From NCBI GenBank assembly GCA_030706225.1, contig JAUZOW010000001.1, positions 1-51,955 on the forward strand: 51,955 bases of DNA, in the 5' to 3' direction. Position 1 is the stretch's first letter. Every line of letters starts with the position of its first letter. Shown here piece by piece: positions 24,956 to 34,139 of this stretch. The translations under genes were made by a program, and so were the position numbers. This DNA is from Bacteroidota bacterium (GTDB lineage: Bacteria; Bacteroidota; Bacteroidia; Bacteroidales; FEN-979). Under the pieces are notes generated by a model. It was not told the origin of the DNA. It saw only the letters and a program-made list of their open reading frames with translations, and searched no databases.

Positions 24956-25529
24956 AATTTAAAAGGTTTTTGCATTTCGGATCTTTAAGAATTCGCTTCC
25001 TGAGCATATTTTTGCACAGGTATTTTCTGGTTTTAACATAGCCTTCATCCTTGAAGCCCAATAAAGATGCAATCTCCCGAAGCGGAACCTTTTTAATAAA
25101 TAATTTCAGGATTTTCTGGCAATCTCCGGGTAGTGAAAGGAAGTGTGTTTCGTAGAGCCGTCTCCGTTCCAGCTTTTCTTCTTCAATGTCCATCTCTTCA
25201 GTCATTAACATTTCATTTGTATCATTGACAAGATTATCTCTGTAACAAAGCCGCCATTTCCTGTCAAGCCGCTGCTTCCATATATTCCTGCAAATACTGT
25301 AGAAGTATGTTTTCATACTACAATTCAGGATAAGCGATCCTTTACTGCATTTTGTATAAAGGGCGATCAGCCCGTCATGAAATACATCTTCTGCATCTTC
25401 ATATGTGCCTGAATTCCTGGTCACAAATGATTTTGCCAGTGGAAAATATTCCCTGTAAAGGTAGCGGATGCAATCAGCCCGCTTTTCTAATAATCCTTTC
25501 ACGACTTCTTCGTCAGACAAAATGACCAT
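24948..25529 (-). CDS. ECF-type sigma-70 family RNA polymerase sigma factor
   Basis: Region-2-like (DAEDVFHDGLIALY .. TYFYSICRNIWKQ) and region-4-like HTH (LSLPGDCQKILKLFIKKVPLREIASLLGF) segments are present. The ORF-track start at 25541 is a TTG. The first ATG is 25529. Confidence 0.8.
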   Translation of the reverse strand: MVILSDEEVVKGLLEKRADCIRYLYREYFPLAKSFVTRNSGTYEDAEDVFHDGLIALYTKCSKGSLILNCSMKTYFYSICRNIWKQRLDRKWRLCYRDNLVNDTNEMLMTEEMDIEEEKLERRRLYETHFLSLPGDCQKILKLFIKKVPLREIASLLGFKDEGYVKTRKYLCKNMLRKRILKDPKCKNLLNYE

Positions 25530-25663
25530 GCTGTGTGTCAATACACATTAATCCGCTAACCTTGAAAAGGTGATACGGTTGTTAATAACTTTTTTTTAAA
25601 GATTCCCTTCCCGCAGGAAATGTTCTGCAGGTATTGTAAGGGATAAAGAAACAGCGAAGTGCT

Positions 25664-27796
25664 TTATTTCTTCGATTCAGATGAACCTGAAAATTTCATT
25701 CCCAGGTTATAAAAAATGAATGACCAGATATCGGCTGCTTCATCGATCTGCATGGATGTTGGCTTGCCGGCACCATGGCCTGCTTTGGTTTCTACCCTGA
25801 GAAGCACCGGGTTGCTGCCGGCATTGTCTTCCTGAAGTGTAGCCATAAACTTGAAAGTATGAGCCGGGACTACACGATCGTCATGGTCGGCGGTCAGAGC
25901 CAGTGTCGCCGGGTATTTCACGCCTTTTTTCAAATTGTGCAAAGGAGAGTACTTGATCAGATAGGAAAACCCTTCCTTTGTTTCGCTTGTCCCATAATCA
26001 CCTGCCCATGCATGTCCGATAGTGAATTTGTGATACCGGAGCATATCCATAACCCCAACCTGAGGGATGGCTACTTTGAAAAGTTCCGGATGCTGGGTCA
26101 TGACGGCGCCTATCAGAAGTCCACCGTTGGAACCGCCCATGATAGCCAACTTTTCCGGGGATGTATATTTTTCTGAGATCAGGTATTGGGCTGCTGCAAT
26201 GAAATCGTCAAATACATTCTGCTTGTTCTCTTTTATACCGGCTTTGTGCCAGTCTTCACCGAATTCACCGCCTCCGCGGAGATTGGCTACTGCATAAATC
26301 CCACCGTTTTCAAGAAACAGCATCCGGCTGATTTTGAAATCAGGGGTCAGGCTGATGTTAAATCCGCCGTAACCATACAGAAGGACAGGGTTTTGGCCAT
26401 CCATCCGGATTCCCTTCTTGTAAACCAGAAACATCGGGATGGTGGTATTGTCCTTGCTGCTGTAAAACACCTGCTTGACTTCAAAATCATCTGCATTGAA
26501 ATGGAGATCCGGTTTCCTGAAAACTACGGATTTATTGGTTTTTATATCGTAGCTGAATATCGTAAGTGGATACCGGAAGCTGGTAAAGCCATAAAATGCT
26601 TTGTTGTCTCCTTTATGACTGTTAAATCCTGCAAGTGTTCCCATATCGGGAAGCTTTAGCTCATCAATGAATTTCCCTTTAAAATCATAGATAAAAGCCT
26701 TATTGATAATGTTCTGCATGTAGATGGAAACAATCTTATCTCCGGCTATTTCTGCGGATTCCAAAACATCATCTCTTTCCGGGATAATGGTTCTCCAATG
26801 AGAAGGCTCAGGCGTTTCAGGATCCATCAGAATCAGCTTTTTCTTCGGGGCTTTATAATTGGTCATGACCAAAAGCTTATCTCCGAGGTTATCAACCACA
26901 TTATATTCATAATCAAATCCCGGCGCCAGCAATTTAAAACTCTTTGAAGGCTTGGAAAGATCCTTGAAATATAAAGCATTGCCACTGGTGGTTTCGGATT
27001 CATAAATGAACAGAAAACGCTCGTCTTCTGTAATCCCTGCCTCATAATTACGTTCGGGATATTTGAGATTTTCATAAACCAGGATGTCCTCTTTTTGGGA
27101 AGTTCCTGCTTTGTGAAAATAAACTTTATGATTTTTATTCTGTTCTGCCAGTTCCTGTCCGGGCTTTGGCTCATCATAACGGCTGTAATAAAATCCGTCG
27201 CCTTTCCAGGCCATACCCGAGAATTTAACCCATTTCAGTGTATCCGGGAGGACTTTACCTGAACTGATTTCTATCAGGCAGATTTCGTTCCAGTCGGATC
27301 CACTGCGGGCAATAGTAAAAGCAAGATATTTCCCGTCTTTGGAAGGAGAAATTTCATCCAGTGCAACGGTTCCGTCAGGGGAAAATTTATTTGGATCCAG
27401 CAATATCCTGGGGGTGTCATCCAGCCCCTTCATGACATACAGGACGGATTGGTTTTGTAATCCATCGTTCTTCCGGAAAAAATACCAGGGACCTTTTTTT
27501 AATGGAACTCCATATTTGGGATAATTCCAGATTTGCTGGAATTCCTTTCGTATTTTTTCACGATATGGAATCCGGTCGAGATAATTAAAAGTGACAGTAT
27601 TCTCTTGCTTTACCCATTCTGCTGTCTCTTTAGATGTATCATTTTCAAGCCACCGATAAGGATCGGGAACTTTTTGCCCGAAATAGTTATCTACTATATC
27701 CATCTTTTTCGTAGTTGGATATTTGATCGTGTTCTTACAGGAATTCATAGTGATAAAACCTGAAAGGATCAAGAAAAGTATACAGGACTTTTTCAT
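25664..27796 (-). CDS. Prolyl oligopeptidase (S9A prolyl endopeptidase), secreted
   Basis: 710 aa. It has a signal peptide with a lipobox-like NSC and the N-terminal DPYRWLE motif. The catalytic serine motif GGSNGGLL is present, followed by a C-terminal D..V and GHG. Confidence 0.92.
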   Translation of the reverse strand: MKKSCILFLILSGFITMNSCKNTIKYPTTKKMDIVDNYFGQKVPDPYRWLENDTSKETAEWVKQENTVTFNYLDRIPYREKIRKEFQQIWNYPKYGVPLKKGPWYFFRKNDGLQNQSVLYVMKGLDDTPRILLDPNKFSPDGTVALDEISPSKDGKYLAFTIARSGSDWNEICLIEISSGKVLPDTLKWVKFSGMAWKGDGFYYSRYDEPKPGQELAEQNKNHKVYFHKAGTSQKEDILVYENLKYPERNYEAGITEDERFLFIYESETTSGNALYFKDLSKPSKSFKLLAPGFDYEYNVVDNLGDKLLVMTNYKAPKKKLILMDPETPEPSHWRTIIPERDDVLESAEIAGDKIVSIYMQNIINKAFIYDFKGKFIDELKLPDMGTLAGFNSHKGDNKAFYGFTSFRYPLTIFSYDIKTNKSVVFRKPDLHFNADDFEVKQVFYSSKDNTTIPMFLVYKKGIRMDGQNPVLLYGYGGFNISLTPDFKISRMLFLENGGIYAVANLRGGGEFGEDWHKAGIKENKQNVFDDFIAAAQYLISEKYTSPEKLAIMGGSNGGLLIGAVMTQHPELFKVAIPQVGVMDMLRYHKFTIGHAWAGDYGTSETKEGFSYLIKYSPLHNLKKGVKYPATLALTADHDDRVVPAHTFKFMATLQEDNAGSNPVLLRVETKAGHGAGKPTSMQIDEAADIWSFIFYNLGMKFSGSSESKK

Positions 27797-28085
27797 GGGA
27801 TGGTGTTTGGGTTAGAGTCAGTATTCCAGAAAACAGATTATTAGGGTTAGTAAATTTAAACAGATTCAATAAAAAAATCAATTTATTTCGATTCTTTATG
27901 AATTTTCTTACCTGTTTGCACCACTTTGACTTTTGTTCTGTCGCTTTTTGATCCTTTATATCATCTTTTATTTTGATTATAAATATATAAAAAACACTTT
28001 ATATATAAATCGAAACCTAATTTCTTGTTTGCCGTATAATTCCTAAGAACACGTTGTTTTATTGACAATAAATAACCTGATCAGG

Positions 28086-29102
28086 ATGTTGCAAAAAAAA
28101 TATATTCAAGGTGTATTATGCCTTTTGCTCGTTTTTACATTCAGTTTTTTATGGATCGGATGTAAGAAGAAGGATTCAAATAATGTAAAGACAGATACGA
28201 CTCCGGCAGATTTTCCCGGGGAATACAAGGGTTATATTTCCGCTTATCGACATGGGAAGATGGTAAACAGAAGTGTATCCCTTTCGATTTGTACTTCCAA
28301 CGACGGAGTAAAGCTTCAGGGGATAATGTATTCAAATGATATCAATGTTCTGAGCCCGACGAATTTTTCAGAAGGGATTTTATACTTCCGTGTGATTTGC
28401 AACGACTCGCTGAACAGCAAGTGTCTGACCTGGAATGAAGCCGGGTATGTATATTTTGATGACGATGGATATCTGGAAATGTATATTTCGGGAAATGAAT
28501 GCGGTGATTTAGGCGACGAATATTTTAAATGGTCGGGAACATTAAAACGGGAAAGTAAAGAACCGGATCCTGACCATTATTTTTCTTTTCCTAAACAAGG
28601 GACTCAATGGACGTACAAAATCATGTGGGATACTTACGATACCTGTACTGCCATTCGTTTAATGACCAGCGGGAAGTTGAATGAATATACCGGAACCACC
28701 ACCTATCCCTGCCTGTTTCCTCAAAGCCGGTCGTTTAAATGGACCGTTATTCCTGCTGCTTTTATCATGGAAGGGGACAGTCTTTTAAATCCATGTCCGA
28801 TTACAACAGTCTTCCGGATTGACCATAAGGTAAATAACAGGTACCGGTATATTCAGGGAGGAGACACGATGTATTTGACCTGTACGGGCAGAGGAAACCT
28901 GATTCAGACGCCAATGGGAATCACTCCATATTATGTTTATGAACGAGATTGCCACTTCCATCCCGACGGAAGGAGTATCCATTATGTATCAACATTCTTT
29001 ATCAGTCCTCGACTGGGAATACTGAATGTAATCAATTATCAATACCTCTATTCTTACTATGTAAGAAATGTCGACCTGGACACGATTACATACAGTAAGT
29101 AA
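28086..29102 (+). CDS. Hypothetical Cys-rich lipoprotein
   Basis: The ORF-track start at 28062 is a TTG. The first ATG at 28086 gives MLQKKYIQGVLCLLLVFTFSFLWIGC with a lipobox. No recognisable domain. Confidence 0.6.
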   Translation: MLQKKYIQGVLCLLLVFTFSFLWIGCKKKDSNNVKTDTTPADFPGEYKGYISAYRHGKMVNRSVSLSICTSNDGVKLQGIMYSNDINVLSPTNFSEGILYFRVICNDSLNSKCLTWNEAGYVYFDDDGYLEMYISGNECGDLGDEYFKWSGTLKRESKEPDPDHYFSFPKQGTQWTYKIMWDTYDTCTAIRLMTSGKLNEYTGTTTYPCLFPQSRSFKWTVIPAAFIMEGDSLLNPCPITTVFRIDHKVNNRYRYIQGGDTMYLTCTGRGNLIQTPMGITPYYVYERDCHFHPDGRSIHYVSTFFISPRLGILNVINYQYLYSYYVRNVDLDTITYSK

Positions 29103-29121
29103 ACCGTGTTGGCTGATTTTC

Positions 29122-31122
29122 TCAGAACAATGAATTAATAATTTCCGGATCCACAAAATTCGGAAGGGTGAATGAAAGTTTCTTTTCCGCGTTCATAGCT
29201 CTTTTTGCGGCAAAGATGGCTTCTTTGTTTCTTGCCCATGCTCTTCGGGCAATGCCGTTATTTACATCCCAGAACAGCATGCTTTTCAGTCGTTTATCTG
29301 CTTCCGGGGTTCCGTCCAGAAGCATTCCGAAACCTCCATTGATCACTTCTCCCCATCCGACTCCGCCACCGTTATGAAGTGACACCCAGGTGGCTCCCCG
29401 GAAAGAGTCTCCGATCACATTCTGTACAGCCATATCGGCAGTGAACTGAGATCCGTCGTATATATTGGAAGTTTCACGATAAGGAGAATCCGTACCGGAT
29501 ACATCGTGATGATCACGGCCCAGGACAACCGGCGCCGAAAGATGTCCGTTATGAATAGCTTTGTTAAACGCTGCGGCAATCCGCATACGGCCTTCACAGT
29601 CGGCATAAAGGATTCTTGCCTGAGAACCTACTACCAGTTTGTTTTTAGCCGCTTCGCGGATCCAGTGAATGTTATCCTGCAGCTGCATCGCGATTTCCTG
29701 AGGGGCATGAAGTGCAATATCTTCCAGTACTTCTGTTGCGATCCTGTCGGTGGTTGCCAGGTCTTCCGGATCGCCGGAAGTACAGACCCAGCGGAAAGGC
29801 CCGAATCCGTAATCGAAATAGAGAGGTCCCATGATATCCTGAACGTAAGAAGGATATCTGAAAGTTCCGTCAGGCTTGAAAACATCTGCTCCGGCGCGGC
29901 CGGATTCAAGCAGGAATGCATTGCCATAATCCCAGAAATACATCCCCAATGCTGCCATTTTATTGATAGCGGAACACTGGCGGACCAGCGATTTCTGTAC
30001 TTCAACCTTGAATTTGTCTGGATTTTTTGCCATCATTTCATTGGCTTCCTCGAGAGTCAGGCTGACCGGATAATAACCACCTGCCCAGGGATTATGAAGG
30101 GATGTCTGGTCGGAGCCCATTTCAACCCGGACTTTCTTTTCTGCAAGTTTTTCCCACAGATCGACAATATTCCCCTGGTATGCCAGAGCGATCGCTTCCT
30201 TTTTTTCCTGTGCCTGAAGAATACGACTGATCAGTTCATCCAGATGGGTATAAACTTCATCCACCCAACCTTGCTGGTAACGTTTCTGGACAGCCTTGGG
30301 ATTGATTTCGGCGATTACACCGATTGCACCGGCGATCACAGAGGCTTTCCCCTGAGCACCGGACATACCGCCAAGACCGGAAGTGACAAAAATCTTTCCG
30401 CCGATATCTCCTTTGCTATGGCGCCGGGCTGCATTCATAACCGTGATTGTGGTTCCGTGAACAATTCCCTGGGGACCGATATACATATATGACCCGGCAG
30501 TCATTTGACCATACTGGGAAACGCCCAATGCATTGAATTTTTCCCAATGATCCGGGCTTGAATAATTCGGGATTACCATGCCATTCGTAACCACAACACG
30601 GGGAGCATCTTTATGAGAAGGGAAAAGGCCCATCGGATGACCGGAATACATGACCAATGTCTGCTCGTCAGTCATGGTCGCCAGATATTTCATGGTTAGC
30701 AGGTATTGTGCCCAGTTCTGGAAAGCAGCACCGTTGCCGCCATAGATAATCAGTTCATGCGGGTGTTGTGCTACGGCAGGATTCAGATTATTCTGGATCA
30801 TCAGCATGATGGCACCGGCTTGCAGAGAGTGGTAGGGATATTCCTGGATAGGCCGTGCAAACATGGGATAAGCGGGACGAAAACGGTACATATATATTCG
30901 CCCGTATTTTCTGAGTTCTTCAAGAAATTCAGGAGCCAATACCTTATGATGACGTTTGTCGAAATAGCGAAGGGCATTTTGAAGCGCCAGCTTTTTCTCT
31001 TCCTTACTGAGAATATCCTTTCTTACCGGAGCATGATTCACGGTAGGATCGTAAGGCGGCATTTCCGGAAGCGCTTCCGGAATACCCTGTAAAATGGCAT
31101 TCTTAAAATCAATGTTTTGCAT
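29122..31122 (-). CDS. hutU: Urocanate hydratase (long form)
   Basis: 666 aa. Urocanase blocks are present: GGMSGAQ, MTAGSYMYIGPQGIVHGT, GLGGMSGAQGKA, VSLHNGGGVGWGE. The length fits the ~660-aa Bacteroidota-type enzyme. Confidence 0.93.
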   Translation of the reverse strand: MQNIDFKNAILQGIPEALPEMPPYDPTVNHAPVRKDILSKEEKKLALQNALRYFDKRHHKVLAPEFLEELRKYGRIYMYRFRPAYPMFARPIQEYPYHSLQAGAIMLMIQNNLNPAVAQHPHELIIYGGNGAAFQNWAQYLLTMKYLATMTDEQTLVMYSGHPMGLFPSHKDAPRVVVTNGMVIPNYSSPDHWEKFNALGVSQYGQMTAGSYMYIGPQGIVHGTTITVMNAARRHSKGDIGGKIFVTSGLGGMSGAQGKASVIAGAIGVIAEINPKAVQKRYQQGWVDEVYTHLDELISRILQAQEKKEAIALAYQGNIVDLWEKLAEKKVRVEMGSDQTSLHNPWAGGYYPVSLTLEEANEMMAKNPDKFKVEVQKSLVRQCSAINKMAALGMYFWDYGNAFLLESGRAGADVFKPDGTFRYPSYVQDIMGPLYFDYGFGPFRWVCTSGDPEDLATTDRIATEVLEDIALHAPQEIAMQLQDNIHWIREAAKNKLVVGSQARILYADCEGRMRIAAAFNKAIHNGHLSAPVVLGRDHHDVSGTDSPYRETSNIYDGSQFTADMAVQNVIGDSFRGATWVSLHNGGGVGWGEVINGGFGMLLDGTPEADKRLKSMLFWDVNNGIARRAWARNKEAIFAAKRAMNAEKKLSFTLPNFVDPEIINSLF

Positions 31123-31161
31123 AATGGAATGAAAAAATCTTGTGTGAAATTACAAAATCTC

Positions 31162-31770
31162 TCAGATCTTTTCCTGGGAGTTTTTAAGGATATCGTAAAG
31201 AAATTCACGAGCCCGGAAAAGCTGTGCTTTTACCGTACCCACAGGAAGGGTAAGCTCGTTGGCAATTTCTTCATATGAATATTCTTTAAAATAACGTAAT
31301 TCAACCAGTTCACGGTAATGTGGTTTCAGCTTTTCTACGACTTCACGCATCAGCTGGATTTTCTGCTTTGCGATGATATGCTCCTCCGGGCTGGGAGTTT
31401 CGGAAGGAATATTGGAAGGATAATCTTCCATTTCATTGTCTTCATTCGGAATTCCGCTTGCAAACTTAATCCTCCGGTGCTTCCTCATATAATCAATACA
31501 ATTATTCGCTGCTATCCGGAAAAGCCAGGTGCTGAAAGCATAATCAGGTGTATATTGTTGGAGATTCCGGAAAGCTTTTCCGAACGCTTCAATGGTCAGA
31601 TCGTCGGCATCTTCCGGATTATTCGTCATCTTTAACAACATGAAATAAAGCGAATCCCTGTAATTATTCAAAAGCTCAGCATAGGCCTTCTGATCGCCCT
31701 GGTTAACAGCCGCCTGAACCAAAAGATAATCCCGTCGGGCTTTTTCGGTGAGATGGGAATTTACTTCCAT
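31162..31770 (-). CDS. ECF-type sigma-70 family sigma factor
   Basis: 202 aa. It carries region 2 (DADDLTIEAFGKAF .. FSTWLFRIAANNCIDYMRK) and region 4 (YRELVELRYFKEYSYEEIANELTLPVGTVKAQLFRAR). Confidence 0.88.
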   Translation of the reverse strand: MEVNSHLTEKARRDYLLVQAAVNQGDQKAYAELLNNYRDSLYFMLLKMTNNPEDADDLTIEAFGKAFRNLQQYTPDYAFSTWLFRIAANNCIDYMRKHRRIKFASGIPNEDNEMEDYPSNIPSETPSPEEHIIAKQKIQLMREVVEKLKPHYRELVELRYFKEYSYEEIANELTLPVGTVKAQLFRAREFLYDILKNSQEKI

Positions 31771-32894
31771 CTGTTCTTCTTATTGACTATATTCAGAAAA
31801 GCAAAAATCGTATTTAATAAAATCATTTCCAATGAAAGCAAAGGGGAGAATCCCCAAAGTCTTTTTTCTCCAAGATGACGCATGCATTTCCGGTTGACGA
31901 TCAATTGGCTGGTAGTCCGGACGACGAAAATGGAAAGGATTATGATCCAGTTGTAAAGAATGGAGACCAGTCCGATCGTAAGACCCCAGAAGAGAACTTC
32001 CGATACCGAATGTGTGCCCAGCATCAGCTTGTGCTTGAAACGGTAATATTTTCCCGTTGAAAGATGTCTCCTTTTCTGGATTACCCAGTTACTGAATTTA
32101 GTCTCAGGTTCTGAAAGTGTAATGGACTGAGGATCAATATTTATATGTGTATTGTTTTTTCTGGATACGCGGTTCACGAAAAGATCGTCATCTCCTGAAA
32201 GTATCTTGTAATGGGAAATGAATCCTTGGTTTTCGTAAAAAAGAGATTTCCGGTAAGCCATATTACGGCCAACACCCATATAGGGAGATCCGGCAAGTGC
32301 CCAGGAAAGATACTGGATGGCTATTTGCACGGTATCGAAACGGATTAGAATATTCAAAAGGCCTTTTCTGCGGGCATAAGCTCCGTATCCCAGCACAACT
32401 TTAATGTTTTTATCAAAAGATTGTTGCATCTTCCGGATCCATTGGTCACTGGAAGGCTTGCAATCTGCATCGATCAGAAGAATAAGGTCATTCTTTGCCG
32501 ATTTGATGCCTATCGACAAAGGAAATTTTTTACCGTTGAAAAAATTCAGATTTTCTTGAATTTCAACGATTTTAAGGCGATGATCTTTTTCTGCCATTTG
32601 TGACAGAAGGAACGAAGAATCGTCATCGGATGAATTATTGACTACAATTACTTCAAAATTCGGATAATCCTGAGAAAGTATTGCAGGAAGATTATCCTGG
32701 AGATGATAGTATTCGTTGCGTGCACAGATAACCACCGAGACACCTTCTTCTTTCCTTGTTTCTGTTTTATCCTTATACCTTGCCAGCCTGAAATATACCA
32801 GCCAGTCATACAGGATAAGAATAAGGGATGTCAGACAGAGGAGAAAAAAAAGAACCCACAAAAAAATATTCGGACCCAACAGCGAATTTAGCAT
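31761..32894 (-). CDS. Family-2 glycosyltransferase, membrane-anchored
   Basis: 377 aa. It has the GT2 pattern VSVVICARNE .. VIVVNNSSDD .. LLIDADC plus flanking TM helices. Its 3' end overlaps the sigma gene start by 10 nt. Confidence 0.85.
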   Translation of the reverse strand: MLNSLLGPNIFLWVLFFLLCLTSLILILYDWLVYFRLARYKDKTETRKEEGVSVVICARNEYYHLQDNLPAILSQDYPNFEVIVVNNSSDDDSSFLLSQMAEKDHRLKIVEIQENLNFFNGKKFPLSIGIKSAKNDLILLIDADCKPSSDQWIRKMQQSFDKNIKVVLGYGAYARRKGLLNILIRFDTVQIAIQYLSWALAGSPYMGVGRNMAYRKSLFYENQGFISHYKILSGDDDLFVNRVSRKNNTHINIDPQSITLSEPETKFSNWVIQKRRHLSTGKYYRFKHKLMLGTHSVSEVLFWGLTIGLVSILYNWIIILSIFVVRTTSQLIVNRKCMRHLGEKRLWGFSPLLSLEMILLNTIFAFLNIVNKKNRWK

Positions 32895-32951
32895 TTAACA
32901 CCCATTAAAACATCAGGGGCAAAGATATCTTTATCTTAGTAAAATTAAAAT

Positions 32952-32959
32952 TAACTTTG
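32952..32959 (+). promoter_or_regulatory. Candidate Bacteroidota -7 box TAACTTTG
   Basis: Matches TAnnTTTG 50 nt upstream of the tgt ATG. The palindrome AAAGATATCTTT lies nearby at 32922-32933 and a CCTGTT-ATT-AACAGG hairpin at 32975-32989. Confidence 0.3.
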
Positions 32960-33008
32960 CCATTATTTTGTAAACCTGTTATTAACAGGCATTTTCTAAT
33001 ATAAACAG

Positions 33009-34139
33009 ATGAAATTCAGTGTCGAACACCGCGATCCGGAATCTTCTGCCCGTACTGGGCTTATTCAAACGGATCACGGTCTCATTCATACTCCTGCCTT
33101 TATGCCGGTTGGGACAGCCGGAGCAGTCAAGGCTCTTCACATGCGCGATCTAAGGGAAGATATCCGTGCAGAGATTATCCTTGGGAATACTTATCATCTG
33201 TATCTTCGTCCGGGAATAGATATCATCGCAAAAGCCGGAGGGTTACACGGGTTTAATGGTTGGAACCGTCCCATTCTGACTGACAGCGGAGGCTTTCAGG
33301 TATATTCATTGGCAGATATCCGTAAATTCAGGGAAGACGGGGTTGAGTTTCAATCCCATATAGATGGATCTAAGCATTATTTTACACCGGAAAGCGCTGT
33401 AGATATTCAGCGGCAACTTGGATCCGATATTATGATGGCTTTTGATGAGTGTACTCCTTTCCCGTGTGAATATTCCTATGCACGGCAATCCATGGAACGT
33501 ACCCATCGCTGGCTTGACCGTTGTATGGAACATTATCAGAAAACTTCTTGCCCTTACGGTCATCATCAGAGCCTTTTTCCTATCGTTCAGGGAAGTATTT
33601 ACAAGGAACTCAGGATCCGCTCTGCAGAATACATTGCCGGGTTGGGAGCGGAAGGAAATGCCATCGGCGGATTGTCAGTAGGTGAACCTACGGAAACCAT
33701 GTATGAAATGACAGCTGCCGTATGTGCCATCCTGCCGGAGGATAAACCACGCTATTTGATGGGCGTTGGGACACCGGCTAACATTCTGGAAAGCATCTCC
33801 CGGGGAGTGGATATGTTCGATTGTGTAATCCCGACACGCAACGGCCGTAACGGGATGCTCTTTACACGCCGGGGAATCATGAATATTAAAAATGAGAAAT
33901 GGAAAGAAGACTTTTCTCCCCTGGAAGAAGAAGGAGATGTCTTTACAGATAAAGAATATTCAAAGGCATATCTTCGCCATCTTTTTATATCCCGGGAAAT
34001 TCTCGCAGCGATGATCGCTTCCCTTCATAACCTGGGATTTTATATGTGGCTCGTTAAGGAAGCCAGAAAACAAATTGAAGCAGGTACTTTCAGCGAATGG
34101 AAGGATTCTGCGATCAAACAAGTCATGAAAAGGCTATGA
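33009..34139 (+). CDS. tgt: tRNA-guanine transglycosylase (queuine tRNA-ribosyltransferase)
   Basis: 376 aa. It carries ARTG.....HG...TP.FMPVGT, ILTDSGGFQV and GLSVGEP, but no classical zinc motif CxCxxC. Overall a full-length Tgt pattern. Confidence 0.93.
   Translation: MKFSVEHRDPESSARTGLIQTDHGLIHTPAFMPVGTAGAVKALHMRDLREDIRAEIILGNTYHLYLRPGIDIIAKAGGLHGFNGWNRPILTDSGGFQVYSLADIRKFREDGVEFQSHIDGSKHYFTPESAVDIQRQLGSDIMMAFDECTPFPCEYSYARQSMERTHRWLDRCMEHYQKTSCPYGHHQSLFPIVQGSIYKELRIRSAEYIAGLGAEGNAIGGLSVGEPTETMYEMTAAVCAILPEDKPRYLMGVGTPANILESISRGVDMFDCVIPTRNGRNGMLFTRRGIMNIKNEKWKEDFSPLEEEGDVFTDKEYSKAYLRHLFISREILAAMIASLHNLGFYMWLVKEARKQIEAGTFSEWKDSAIKQVMKRL

Noticed and set aside
25530-25541. Longer N-terminal extensions given in the ORF track (sigma at 25541, lipoprotein at 28062, ung at 38886)
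   Set aside because: These start codons are TTG. In-frame ATG codons shortly downstream (25529, 28086, 38850) give N-termini that match the expected family starts or signal peptides. The LptD-like (42947, TTG) and OstA-like (46910, GTG) starts were kept, because the downstream ATGs would truncate the signal peptides.
29506-30492. 328-aa ORF on the plus strand antisense to hutU
   Set aside because: The hutU frame has unmistakable urocanase motifs along its whole length. The antisense product has no motifs and a Cys/Arg/Phe-rich composition typical of shadow frames. The same reasoning applies to 35414-36079, opposite ispE.
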